Shown here: positions 53,020 to 64,000 of the stretch, piece by piece
Numbering within the stretch: the stretch's first letter is position 1
How the letters are laid out: each line of letters begins with the position of its first letter
Assembly (NCBI GenBank): GCA_040285855.1
Contig: JAUFOQ010000005.1
Coordinates: 124,001-188,000 of the forward strand
DNA length: 64,000 nucleotides
Reading direction: 5' to 3'
Source: Eukaryota sp. GEM-RC1
Taxonomy: Eukaryota
Program-made: the position numbers and the translations under genes
Notes under the pieces: model-generated
Seen by the model: only the letters and a program-made list of their open reading frames with translations
What the model was told of the DNA's origin: nothing
The model's database searches: none

Positions 53020-53166
53020 CAGGGTTTGCGAAAATTGAATTGCCATTACAATTATTTGAATACATTGGTATGAAACATTGATTGGTTCAACGTAAAACAT
53101 TGGAATTGGCATTGGTTAAACAGCAATCATTGACATTGGCAATCAATTCAATTGTTCCAAACCCTG
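53020..53166. mobile_element. Small hAT-like MITE (147 bp)
   Basis: Imperfect 23-bp TIR CAGGGTTTG.(4).AATTGAATTG. Flanks GTTCTAAAG and GTACTAAAG match at 8 of 9 positions. Internal ATTGG repeats. Confidence 0.65.
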
Positions 53167-53168
53167 GT

Positions 53169-53201
53169 ACTAAAGTACTAAAGTAACTTTAGTACTTTAG
53201 T
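53169..53201. repeat. Perfect palindrome, 16-bp arms with 1-nt spacer
   Basis: ACTAAAGTACTAAAGT-A-ACTTTAGTACTTTAGT. Confidence 0.85.
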
Positions 53202-53672
53202 CCCATCTATTTAGTAAAGTTGATTCATTTTACCAGCGGTGCGAACTTTCTTTTCTTTACTTTTCGGCTGCTTCTAGGTGGTTTAGACCTTTTGAAGTTA
53301 CGACTTCAATACGTTTTATTGTACAAATATCATCATTCCATAAACTTCTTGCTCGTTAACAAAACAATAATAAATGCGTTTATAAAATCAACAATGAATC
53401 TACAACAGAATTTCGTTTCAACAAAGCAATCAATAATAGTAACATGATTCATCTCTTCTGTTCCTCAACTACTGCATTTATGAGAGACTAGGTAAAATAT
53501 TGTTATAAAACAAGTAATTACAATAGAGCAATGGTTAAAACTCGTTGAGATTTGATTTGAAGCAAATCACATTTGTAGACATTATCTATAATTAATCATA
53601 GACTTCTAACTACTATTGTGCTTGACATGTGGATACAATCACGTCATTTCAAGTTCAAATTAAGAATCTATT

Positions 53673-54770
53673 CTAAGTAAACTTCAAATTACCTTTTGAA
53701 ACTGAATTAATGTAAGTTATGGTTGTGTCATCAAAAGAATTTAAACCCAGATCAATATTTTCAATTATAGAATTCTCCAGAAAAACGTGAGCAAATGCAA
53801 TTGCAGCTTTACTTGTAATATAAGTAGACCTTAGGACAAACTGCTTAATCGATGAATTGGCTTTCAACGCATCAGCTAAAGCTATAGTAGCTGGAACCGT
53901 AGGATTAACAACAGAAAGATCGTCAAATTCAACAAACTTTAGAAAACTGCTATTCGAAATTAAACTGCACAGTATGGGAATAGTTGAACCATGGAATTCA
54001 CAGTTTTTTAGAGTCAGTTTTTGAATCATAAAACTCTCCAGAAAAGAGAGTTAGAGATGAAGTGTCTTTAGGTGAAATTTGTTTACAATTCTCAGGAGCA
54101 AAAACAAACACTCCATTGATGACGTCAACAAAATGAGGGAAGATATCAATGTCAAGAACTACTTTCCTCATTGCAAGAATTTCATAGACAATCATAAGTC
54201 CTGGAATTGTAGGGAATCCAAAACCAAGACACTTCAAATACTTGAGAGGAACGCCTGAGTTGAGAGCCTCTAAAAGAGCAGTAAGATCAGACTGTTGGAT
54301 TCTTGATTCAAAACTAATAAAACCCACGAGAAACATCAAAAACATGAGGATCGAAACGGATATCTGGAAGTAGTTTCTGACAAGTAACCAGTTCAAATGC
54401 AGCTAGTAACACTTTGAGGGGAACGCAATTAAAACTTAGATCAACAGACTTTAAAGTAGAATTAGATTGAAGAGCACCAATTATGTCCATAAGACTACCA
54501 CCATAGAGCTCACAACCGGAAAAACCCATGAAGGTCAAGTGATTATTGGTCTTAATGAAATCAATCAAAATAGGGATCATCGGACTACCAAATTCACAGG
54601 TTGATAGAGAGAGTCTCTTAATATTAGAAGATTCTACAAGGTTTTGTAGAGAAGAGAAACCATCCAGACTAATTTGAACACGATAGCCAGGGTTAAAAGA
54701 GAGTATACCTTCAGTGACATTTAGATAGTGAGGGTAATATATTGATAGGGGAAGTGAACTCATTAGTAAA
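53673..54770 (-). pseudogene. 5'-truncated, frameshifted LRR-family gene
   Basis: ALQSNSTLKSVDLSFN and LADALKANSSIKQFVL; a repeated module PH..DV..G...F; three overlapping frames; the 5' side abuts a non-LTR element. Confidence 0.6.
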
Positions 54771-54789
54771 CATAGCCTTATAAAGAGTA

Positions 54790-56300
54790 ATTAAACAGTT
54801 CAAGTTTAATGAAGGTAAACTGATATCACGATTCAATTTTTTTTGTAGAAATTCAAAGTGAACTGAATCAGATCAAAGCCCTGGCTCTAGAAAAACACTT
54901 GAAGATCTTTCTGCTGAAAGTGTGTTATTCTGGCAGAATCACCCATCTTTTATGATCTCTGGCCCCTGAGTTATCAATTGATTTCTGTCGGGCTTTCAAC
55001 AAAATTAGAACAGAATTCTTGGCTTATCTTTTGCAAGTCAACCCGAATTTATTGAAAAATCATATTTTCTCTAATGTCAATTTAGGTGGAATATGGTTTA
55101 CAAGTTCTAGATACTGGACAAAAGCTGCTTTCATTGGTGGAGGGAAAAACTGTATATTTGAATTTAGTCAGAGATATCCTGACAAATTGTGTCTTCTAGA
55201 ATCTGTGAACAGTTTCAATTTGAATACTCTTCGTAAAGAAGTCAGTTCACTTAGTCCAGAAGTTTGGTCCACTTGTTTACCGAGAGAAATCTTCGGATAT
55301 CCCAGAAAGAAGTTTGGTCGCTTTAAGGTTTGCTCTAAAAAGCTTCAGCATCATGTTTCGAAACATTTTGAAAGTTTGGATTTTGTTGTTCGCATTAGCT
55401 CGGCTAAACAAACTAATCCTACTTTCGCTAATTTTCTGTTAGATTTACAGGATAGCTCTGCATCAGCTTTCCTCAATCAAATTCCGCAAATTTACAGATT
55501 GTTACTAGATGATCATCAGTGGACCACTACAATGGGTTTAAGATGCTTTTATGGCCTCATAATCTACCCAATGATTGTTACTGCAAATGTGGACAATTGG
55601 TAACGTTATCTCATATATTTTCATGTTCGCATAACATAACTTATCGATCTGCTATCCATGACCCTGTACGCGATCAGCTACATGCCATGTGCAAATCTTA
55701 CAAAATTGAATCCTTCATTGAACCTTTGCTGAGATCTCTTGACATCAATCAACATTCCAAAAAAGAAAATTCTTATGGGCAAAGACGTGCTGACTTGATT
55801 ATACCTTCATCTTCTGAATCTCTGACAGTTATCGATGTTGTTTCAGTGGATGTGTGCAAAAAAATGTTGTAACAAGTTTGTTACAAAGGAAATCTCACCT
55901 TGAGACTTTGCTGAAAATAACAAGCAAAGAAAGTATGCTGATCCTTTGAAAGACCTGAAGCACATTGTCCATGTTGAAAATATTCACTTGTCCCATTTGT
56001 GATTTCCATATATGGTAGATTAGGCAAATTGGCCTTGAAGTTCCTTGATGAATTTGCAAAGGTTGTAGCTCGTAGAACTAACAAAATATTTGATCGTTCT
56101 TTTGGCAGAACCGAATTGTCTTTACGATTGTAAAGGTTGTAGCTCGTGGAACTAACAAAATATTTGATCGTTCTTTTGGCAGAACCGAATTGTCTTTACG
56201 ATTCCACAATGATTTCAAAAGCTTTGTTATCCCTAAGTGTGATTTATGAAGACCAAGCTTCAACAAGGTTCGATTCGAAGGAATCTTGTTTTGATGACAT
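54790..56300 (+). mobile_element. Degenerate CRE-like non-LTR retrotransposon, 3' portion
   Basis: CYCKCG...LSHIFSC...HDPVRD, QRRADLIIP...VIDVVSVD, LVPFVISIYGRLG, FWQNRIVF; multiple frameshifts; same layout as 25656-26780 but diverged. Confidence 0.8.
56058..56203 (+). repeat. Tandem duplication of a 72-bp unit inside the non-LTR fragment
   Basis: AAAGGTTGTAGCTCGT(A/G)GAACTAAC...TTTACGATT at 56058-56129 and 56132-56203. Confidence 0.9.
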
Positions 56301-56664
56301 TGAGGATTGGATCATCTTTTTTATTTTCGCATAAATACTAGTATATACAAAAAGTATGTACAATTGTCACTTTGGGACAGTTGTGGTCAGCAAATGACGT
56401 ACCCTATAATGTACTAAGTGTGACAATCGTGATCTTGATATTATGATTACTATGTTTAACGGTAGAATGTATGACGTTGTTCACTGTTAAAATCTTATAT
56501 AGGATCATCATTCAAAAAAGTAATAATCTATTTTAGTCGGTCAAAAGTACAGTACTGGTACATGTACGGGATCTACGTACATACGGTACGGTATGGTACA
56601 TCTAAAATCGCCGCGGTACGGAACGTTTGCGTTCCATGGGATTAACTATACAATCTAGAAATAT

Positions 56665-56698
56665 TGCAATTCTGCAATTCTGCAATTCTGCAATTCTG
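56665..56698. repeat. (TGCAATTC)4 minisatellite
   Basis: Direct reading of the sequence. Confidence 0.85.
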
Positions 56699-57229
56699 TA
56701 GCGGTAAATATTGCATTATTGGCAATATACTGGAGCCAATACTGTATTGATTGGTGAGCTGTTTTCCAATACCAATATATTGACAATCCAATACTTTCTG
56801 TCTCTGATTATTTGCCACCCAGATTCTAGTCTTGTTCAATCTTTCCACTCCATCCCATGTAGTTCTGGCCACAATACGGATATTTGAATGGTGCTCACTT
56901 TGTTCTTTCCAGATCTTCTTGGAATTAATACTCATTGTTGATATTGGAGCTGCACAGTGCATTTATTCTATGTAGCGTGGAACTCTATATAGCGTAATAA
57001 AGTCCTGCTTTTAACATTTTTGACTGGATGTGAATGACTTCAACAAAACATGAGTTATCATTTTTTTATCTAGATTTTGGTCCTATAGACTCAGTACGCT
57101 CGATTCGACTAGGTTGTGAACGTAGTCAAAGTTTTCTGAGGCCTCATGAGATTCGACGATATACTAATCGTCTCTATAAATCACTAACGCCCTTTATTCA
57201 ATCATACTAATAAAATCTATCATCATTAT

Positions 57230-57530
57230 TAACAAATGAGATAACGAATAACTTATGACAGTTGACCACATGAAGGAAAGAGGCTAAAGAAGAACCACAC
57301 ACACAAGTAGATTTTTGAAAAGAACAACAGGCCACAAACCTACCCTCAAACGAATGTTGATAAGCCATTCATGATGTGTTATGTTGAAGCTATATCATTG
57401 AGGATATCGAGTAATCAAAGTACGAAATGTCTTTCAAAAAAGCACAAAAAGCGGGACTCTCGATTTTAGCCAATCTAATACTTTTTAAAGTGCAAGCTTT
57501 CATGATAGTTGGTAAATTGCTTCTGCAATT
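57230..57530 (-). mobile_element. Short fragment of the CRE-like family at 25656-26780
   Basis: Shares ATAAGCCATTCATGAT and TTCAAAAAAGCACAAAAAGCGGGACTC with 26240-26540. Confidence 0.7.
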
Positions 57531-57808
57531 CAGTATAATCATATTCTTTGTTGTAACAGAGATTAGTCTGTAATAAGTAGTTGTAGAGCAGCTGCAACAA
57601 ATACAACATCACAGCCATAACAGTGGTATATCACGTATATACAGAATCTGATTATCAGTAGTTGATGCAATGCACATGAGTTTAGAAAGCGTAATGTGTC
57701 TTCTACGTTTGCAGTTCTCCAGCAGTTCCCAGATTTCAAATGCTGTATGAACGGCTGAAATATACTACAGTAGTATAACAATGAACACAAGAATACCAAT
57801 CTTTTTGG

Positions 57809-60800
57809 ATGTCAACAAGAGCCCTGTTTGCAGGGGTATTTCTTCCTGCTGATCCACCCGATCCTTCTTCTACGGCTCCAGGACGGTTACTTGAATGTGA
57901 AACAACACAAAAACATAGTGGAACATAAATGCCACTTCATCGTCCTAGATGATAACATCAACAAGGGTAATCTTTCTCAAGCAATTGCGGTGTACCAACA
58001 CATCGTCATCTACATCCCCCACTACAACGTTGGAATTCACCTCACAGTTCTCCCCACTTCTCTTTATCAACTCTCCTTCTTTTTTGCTTCCTTGCCCAAC
58101 AAGGATATCACTGCTTCCCACTCCACTGAAGTCCTTCTCCCTTCCACGTCTCTCACGTGGAACAAGGGGACTTCGAAAAGTGGTGGGAAGTTGTCCATAA
58201 GATGAAACACTCCTCAGTTGATGCCGTGTCTCAAGTGACACGTAAAGGTGGTTCTTACCATTCCGAAACTCGGGAAGCCCCAAATGTTGAGTTCTTCATC
58301 AACATGTTCATTGGCAACCTGCCAGGAACAGTAATTGACACGTCATCAACAACACGTGTCAGGGATCACGTGATCTATACACCCAATCAGTTTTGCTACA
58401 GAAGATCTGGAGCTTTCATTGCCTTCTTCCAGGCTATTGACTACATTCTTGGTAGTAATTCCTGGTTGCCTCCTTTCCAACTCTATTTGTTAGAGAATTA
58501 CTTCATTGAAGACCGATCACTATCTAAAAGTGATTTAATCCAAGCTTATGCCCATTTGAAGAAAGAGGGCATGAATGTGGAGGTTGATAGGGATTGGTTT
58601 AATGTTGACGTGATTCCAGGTGGTTTACCTTCTCTCTGCACACTCCCAGAAGCTTCTCCAGTTATTAACTGGAACTTACCCCCGTGTTTAATGAGGTCTC
58701 CAGATCTTCTCCCGTGTTTGAAATTCCTAAAGATCCTTTGCCATCCCCTCGTTTGTCTATGAAACAGCTTTATACTAAGATTGGATCAGGAAAACACGTT
58801 GACGCTTACTTTTATAGTAAAATTCTTTTGTCAATGATGGAACTTTTCCGAGATATCTATAGTATTGCTCTTAAAAGATATCCACTGATTGCGTCCTATT
58901 GGATAGACTTTCCTCAATTGGAATCATTAAAATACCTTCAGTTAGTGTCAAAAGTCGACTCTGAACAATTTTGGAGTTTATTTGAATTTTTGACTAGTTT
59001 AAATAACACGGACAAGAAAACTGGGGATCTTTTCGATGTCACGTCATCTTGTTCCTTTCAAGTGAAAACTGCTCAAGAAACTCCATCTATGGTTAATCAT
59101 CTTAATCAAATTTTAGATCTAGAATCGCAAGCTCTAATCAAACACAAATCCAGTGTACAAAGTTTAAAAAATGTACAAAATCAAGACAGAGTTCGTTTTG
59201 AGTTAATGAAATGTGAGTGCTATTGGACAACCCCTACAGTTAACAATAACTTTAAGAAGAGAAAGGTGACGTGTCCTAAGTGCCATTTGGCTTCTACTAT
59301 GGCAAATCGTCGTCATCCAAAATTTGAAAATTTCCTTCCAGAATTCGATATCCTACGTTATGCACTCATTTTTGATATCAACATTCCTTCCGAACTTTCT
59401 AGTCTTTATGATGCCGTTTACTACCTTCGAATTGCTCATGAAACAGTCTTCATGGGTAAGGGTTTCTCCCAATGGTCTTGTCCCAGTCACTGTGTTAAGA
59501 GGAATCCTTCAGAAATACACTTAGCATCGGCCACAGTGAAGACTGCTGGTTCTAGACTTCGTGATGAACATATTGATTGTTCAATGAGCATGTTCTTTGT
59601 GAACTGTGGTAGGAATGTTCTCCTTCAATGTTCTAAAACTGACTTTAACCAGTTATTCGATGGTTCTCAACTACCTTCCAGAATCAGAGCTCCACTTGAT
59701 TACCCTTATAAGGATCTCACGTTTGCTTTAGGATTCGGACACACTCAGAACAAAGTCTTATGTGAACTAAGTAAATGTCCACACGAACTTTCTTTGAAAA
59801 AGTTTGAAGTTTTTGGATGTCTCCGTACTGGGCTAAATATTTCATTAGTTAATTTAATTGCAATGTTTGTCACAACAGAGTTAGAATTCTCTTCTCCCAG
59901 TACAATTAGGCTATTGGAATGTGTTTGTTGGGAGATGCATTCCGATTTAATACCTGAAATTCGAAATCCTTGTTACGTGGAAAAGATTTGTAAAGCTATT
60001 CAATCATTTGCTAACACTTATCGTGATAAATGGGATCATTATCAAAACTTAGAATCATGTTTGATTGTCTTGGACAAACTCTCTGAATTGCATGATTCTC
60101 ACGTCATCAATCAAACCTATGACGTCATTAGGGAGATTCTCCACAACTGGAAGTCTTGTTGTTCTTTAAACTTCCTTCATCTCATTTCTCTTCTACACAT
60201 CCGTGCTCACAAGAGATGGTGCCAGGAACCCATCATCACTTCCTCTCTTCTTCACAGTATCTACCATTATTCTTTGCATAATGTTTCTTACAAGGCAACT
60301 GATGCCGTCCTTAGGGCTATGGAGGCTTTCAATTCGTCGGAGTTTACTAAGGAAGCTCTCGATGAATTCGTTCTGGAAGCTGCCAGTTTTGATTGTTCTA
60401 GTGCTGAGTGGAATAGGTCAGACTCTTGGTATCATACTGATCTAGTTGTCGATGGAGTGAACTACAGAATAGAATTTCACCGTACATCTGGTGAGTTCTT
60501 GATTAATCAGAAAAACTGCAACCCACCTGCCTCTTTCGATCAGAAATTCTGAGATATTTCAATCATTGTTTGGTTTTGACTACCATCCTTCTATCATTTC
60601 TACTCCCTATGGTTACAGAACTGTTGAGTCATTGAATGGGTTTATTTACGAGTTCCATGTTGGTCCATCCATTAACTCTAATATTTTGTTTTACCAATCA
60701 TGCCCTGAAACCAATCGCAAATGGTGTTACATTTCCACTCAAAAACTGGATTATTTACCTATCCACCTGTCCTCTATGTTTCACTGGTTATCTAGAGACA

Positions 60801-63800
60801 GTGTCCTTGAAATGAGAAGAAACCCCTTGGATCCTGAATCTACTGAGTTTATTTGGACCAGTGAAGGAGTTGTTAGAGGACTGTGGAGAATGACATTGTT
60901 TTACCAACAAGTTGTCCTTTGCTAAAGTGTCTTGTGGAGTTCTTTCCAATTGAGAGCAGTAATCAGATCATAATCACGTGTGATAATGACCTTAAAGTAC
61001 AGCTCATCAATCTTTACCGTTATGGACTTCATTTTGTTCTAAATCAAAATCAAATTGTTTGCACAACTCTCGACATGAATTTAGAACAAACATCACCTTG
61101 TCATGACGTGTACATTGCTCAATCTTTGATCCTTTCTAATGAAACTACTTTCCAACTGCTTGTTCCCTTTGGTAAAGTTAAGAATAGAACAATTACTACC
61201 CCAAACTCTTCTCTTTTGTCGTATTACCGCTACTCATGGTCACCGGAGCTCCAGATCTTTACCTCAAATAGTGATCAACTTGCTTGGCTGTATTTGACTC
61301 TAATATATGGTATGTTTAATATCAATATTAATGGTTTTCATGTTGCTATCTTCCTTCTTACGACTCATTCGTATCCTACACAGACTTTTACTGAGCAAAC
61401 GGTTGGTGTACTACAGAATATAGCAAAACTCTCCCCAGAAAGAACTTTTTATCCTCCTGAAAAGCGAATAATGGAACAAATTAAATTGCCAGAAGGTCTG
61501 ACTCCTGTTACTTCTTCTGATATTTACTGGCTGATTGTAAACAACGTATATGGAATTGAAAATCAACAGGAGTCTCCTTTCCTTCACTACAAAGCCTTTG
61601 TCAATTCATTACATTTATTACCTGAACTAGGAGATCGAATTTTAAAGGAGATCAGCCAACCATCAGTCCACACGCATATTGGAATTACTGTGGAACAACA
61701 TGCTTTTACGATTAATGTTCCTAATTTGAAAGTTTTTTCCCTTTTCAAAATAATGCAAGGAATCTCTGATGAATTCCAAGATTTTCTGCAATCAACAATC
61801 AACTCTTTTGATTGGGAGTCATCTTTGTTTGACCAGTCCAATGCGCTGAACTTATTTGACATGTTCTTCAGAATGACTACTGATCAACTTTATATTTTCA
61901 AATATTCTCTATTCCTTCAACTTACCTCTGACTTCCTCAATGATAATTTCTTTTCTCCGCCACTTGCAAATGTTCTTTACCATCTACTTGTTACTTCTAA
62001 TACATCACCTCCTCTTAATTGGAATCCTCCACTTGAAGAGAAACTTCCTTATGTTCCTCCTGAAATCATGTCGGCAAGGTTTAGATTACGAGTTTTTGGA
62101 TATCCATGTGATATACCTTATAATCACTGTTATAGAGCTGCTGAGGATCAAGTTATGACGTACCACCAATCTTTGACCAATGCATTTGATCAAGTAAAGT
62201 CAATGCTGTGTGTCACAAATTATTCTATTCCTTTTAAGAAGCTTTCTTCAACCACGTCCTTTCTTACAACACGTGTTGACTCTTTTCCACAAACTGTATT
62301 ACCAACAAGTAATTCCTGGAATTTACTTGTCTTGAACACGTGGTCATTGCTCAAGTTAAAACCCTTTGATTGTTATGATCAGCTAGCCACTTCTTTAGCT
62401 AGAATACTAGGTTTTACCATTAGACCTCAACAATTCAAGATTGCAAACCATTTACTTCACTCCAAGACTAGCATTCAAACTCAATTGTTCATGGGTGAAG
62501 GCAAAACTAGCGTCATTGTTCCTTTAATTTGCCTTGGAATATTATCTGATCCGAAAAAAACTGTGCCACGTGTCACTATCCTAAAACCCTTGTATAACAC
62601 GTGTCTGAATAAGTATCAAACCTTATTCTCTTGTTTAGGTCTTCGATTGGGTCGATTTGTTTGTCAGCGGTCTGATTCGTATGATGCCAATCACTATAAT
62701 TCAATCATTACTGATTGCGATTTACTAATCACGACCGCGGAATACCGACAATCCTTCATTTTAAAGACTAAAACTGACAATTCCCTTGCTTCAGTTTCTC
62801 TTGAAAATGTTCATGATATTCTTGATGAATCTGACGAGATTCTTGACCCAAGAAGTCAACTTATTTATCCCTATGGTCAACCCCAGGTACTAGACGGGGG
62901 TCGACTTAGATGGGTTATTGGGGAAGCCATATTACAGTCAATGAAACATTTCTTTGAGTTTCCTTTTGAACATGAGCTCTATATTTCTGATTGCAAACTT
63001 GATATTTTGACCTATATTCTTGATGGTAATACTTCCCTAGAAGACCAAGATAGATTAGATCTTAAACCCAGTACTAAATCTTTAATTATTGACTACGCTC
63101 TGGGTGATTCCCATGATTTTTCTATATTCAGTGATAGAATTCGTACTGTTGCCTTGATTCTCCGTGGTTATTTCTATTATTCTGTACTTGAAAGAGCTTT
63201 AAAGCTTAGATACAGAGTCAATTACGGCAGGGATGTCAAGAGGAAGTCTCTTTTAGCTGTCCCCTTTAGAGCAAAGGACGTACCTGCTTTAGCTTCAGAG
63301 TTTTCTGACGTGGATCTCGCCATCTTTTTGACCTTGCTTACGTGGCACCAGACTGGTCTTGATCATCGTCAGTTTTCTACAGTCTTGAATTCGCTTCAGT
63401 CAAGTCATGAACATATGTTGTCTATCTGGACTGATGGCGAGTTTTCTTTTGATAATCTTGTATTTGAAGATGACGGTCTAATCCTCCGATTACATGACCA
63501 ATTAGGCAATGACCCACGAGTTATTGATTTCTACTTAAATTTAAAATGTTTCCCAACCTATACCAAACAGTTTCCCACCAAGAGAAGTACTTCCCCTTGG
63601 GACTTAGCTAATCCTGGAAGTTTAAAGCCTGTTGTTGGATTTAGTGGGACAAATGGATCTCAGAGGTTGCTGCCTTATCCAACTACTCAGCAGGATTTAA
63701 AATTTGTTGAAGATACTAATAGAAACATGGATCTGGCCATTTTGGACCAACAAATTTTGAAATATGACGGAGATTTGCTTAAAGTTTTGATTGAAAATCC

Positions 63801-64000
63801 CTCGTTTACAGTTCTTTTAGATGTTGGAGCTGTGTGTATGCTTCAAAACAAAGAGTTTGCTTCTGAATGGCTTTCAAAGTACAAACAACATCATCCTGAT
63901 TCCATTATCTCTGCAGTGCTTTACTTTGAGAACGATAAACTGTTGGCTTCTAACGGTGATGTTAGTCTCAACTTCCATGATTCAATATATGTTGAACAGA
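57809..64000 (+). CDS. Large DUF6606/DUF3638/DUF3645-type SF2 helicase-like protein, 3'-partial, several frameshifts, start uncertain
   Basis: N-terminal RKGG...ETREAP...RVRDHV...YRRS; QLFMGEGKTSVIVP (62491); DILDESDEIL (62824); RYRVNYG...LAVPFRAKDVP...SEFSDVD; GFSGT (63638); LLDVGA. Confidence 0.8.

Overview
AT-rich, intron-poor eukaryotic DNA from a protist (resembles anaerobic metamonad-type genomes; this is an inference, no taxon is proven). Many single-base indels sit in homopolymers and look like long-read errors. Main content: (1) a duplicated pair of large multi-pass TmcB/TmcC-like membrane genes in the order A1-B1-A2-B2, all on the minus strand. They carry repeated bacterial-sensor-like extracellular modules and no recognisable output domain; A1 is a pseudogene. 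(2) A family of 28-aa LRR genes and pseudogenes. (3) A bacterial-type asnA, a BPI/LBP gene, a BTB plus ALK/LTK-like glycine-rich gene, and a partial DUF6606/DUF3638/DUF3645 helicase-like gene. (4) Dense mobile DNA: the 3' end of a chromovirus with an apparent 66-bp LTR, CRE-like non-LTR fragments, pogo/Tc1-type elements and hAT-type MITEs, one of which carries a Ty3/gypsy reverse-transcriptase fragment. Three ORF breaks resolve as 28-32 nt GT-AG introns whose putative branch point is fixed next to the 3' splice site.
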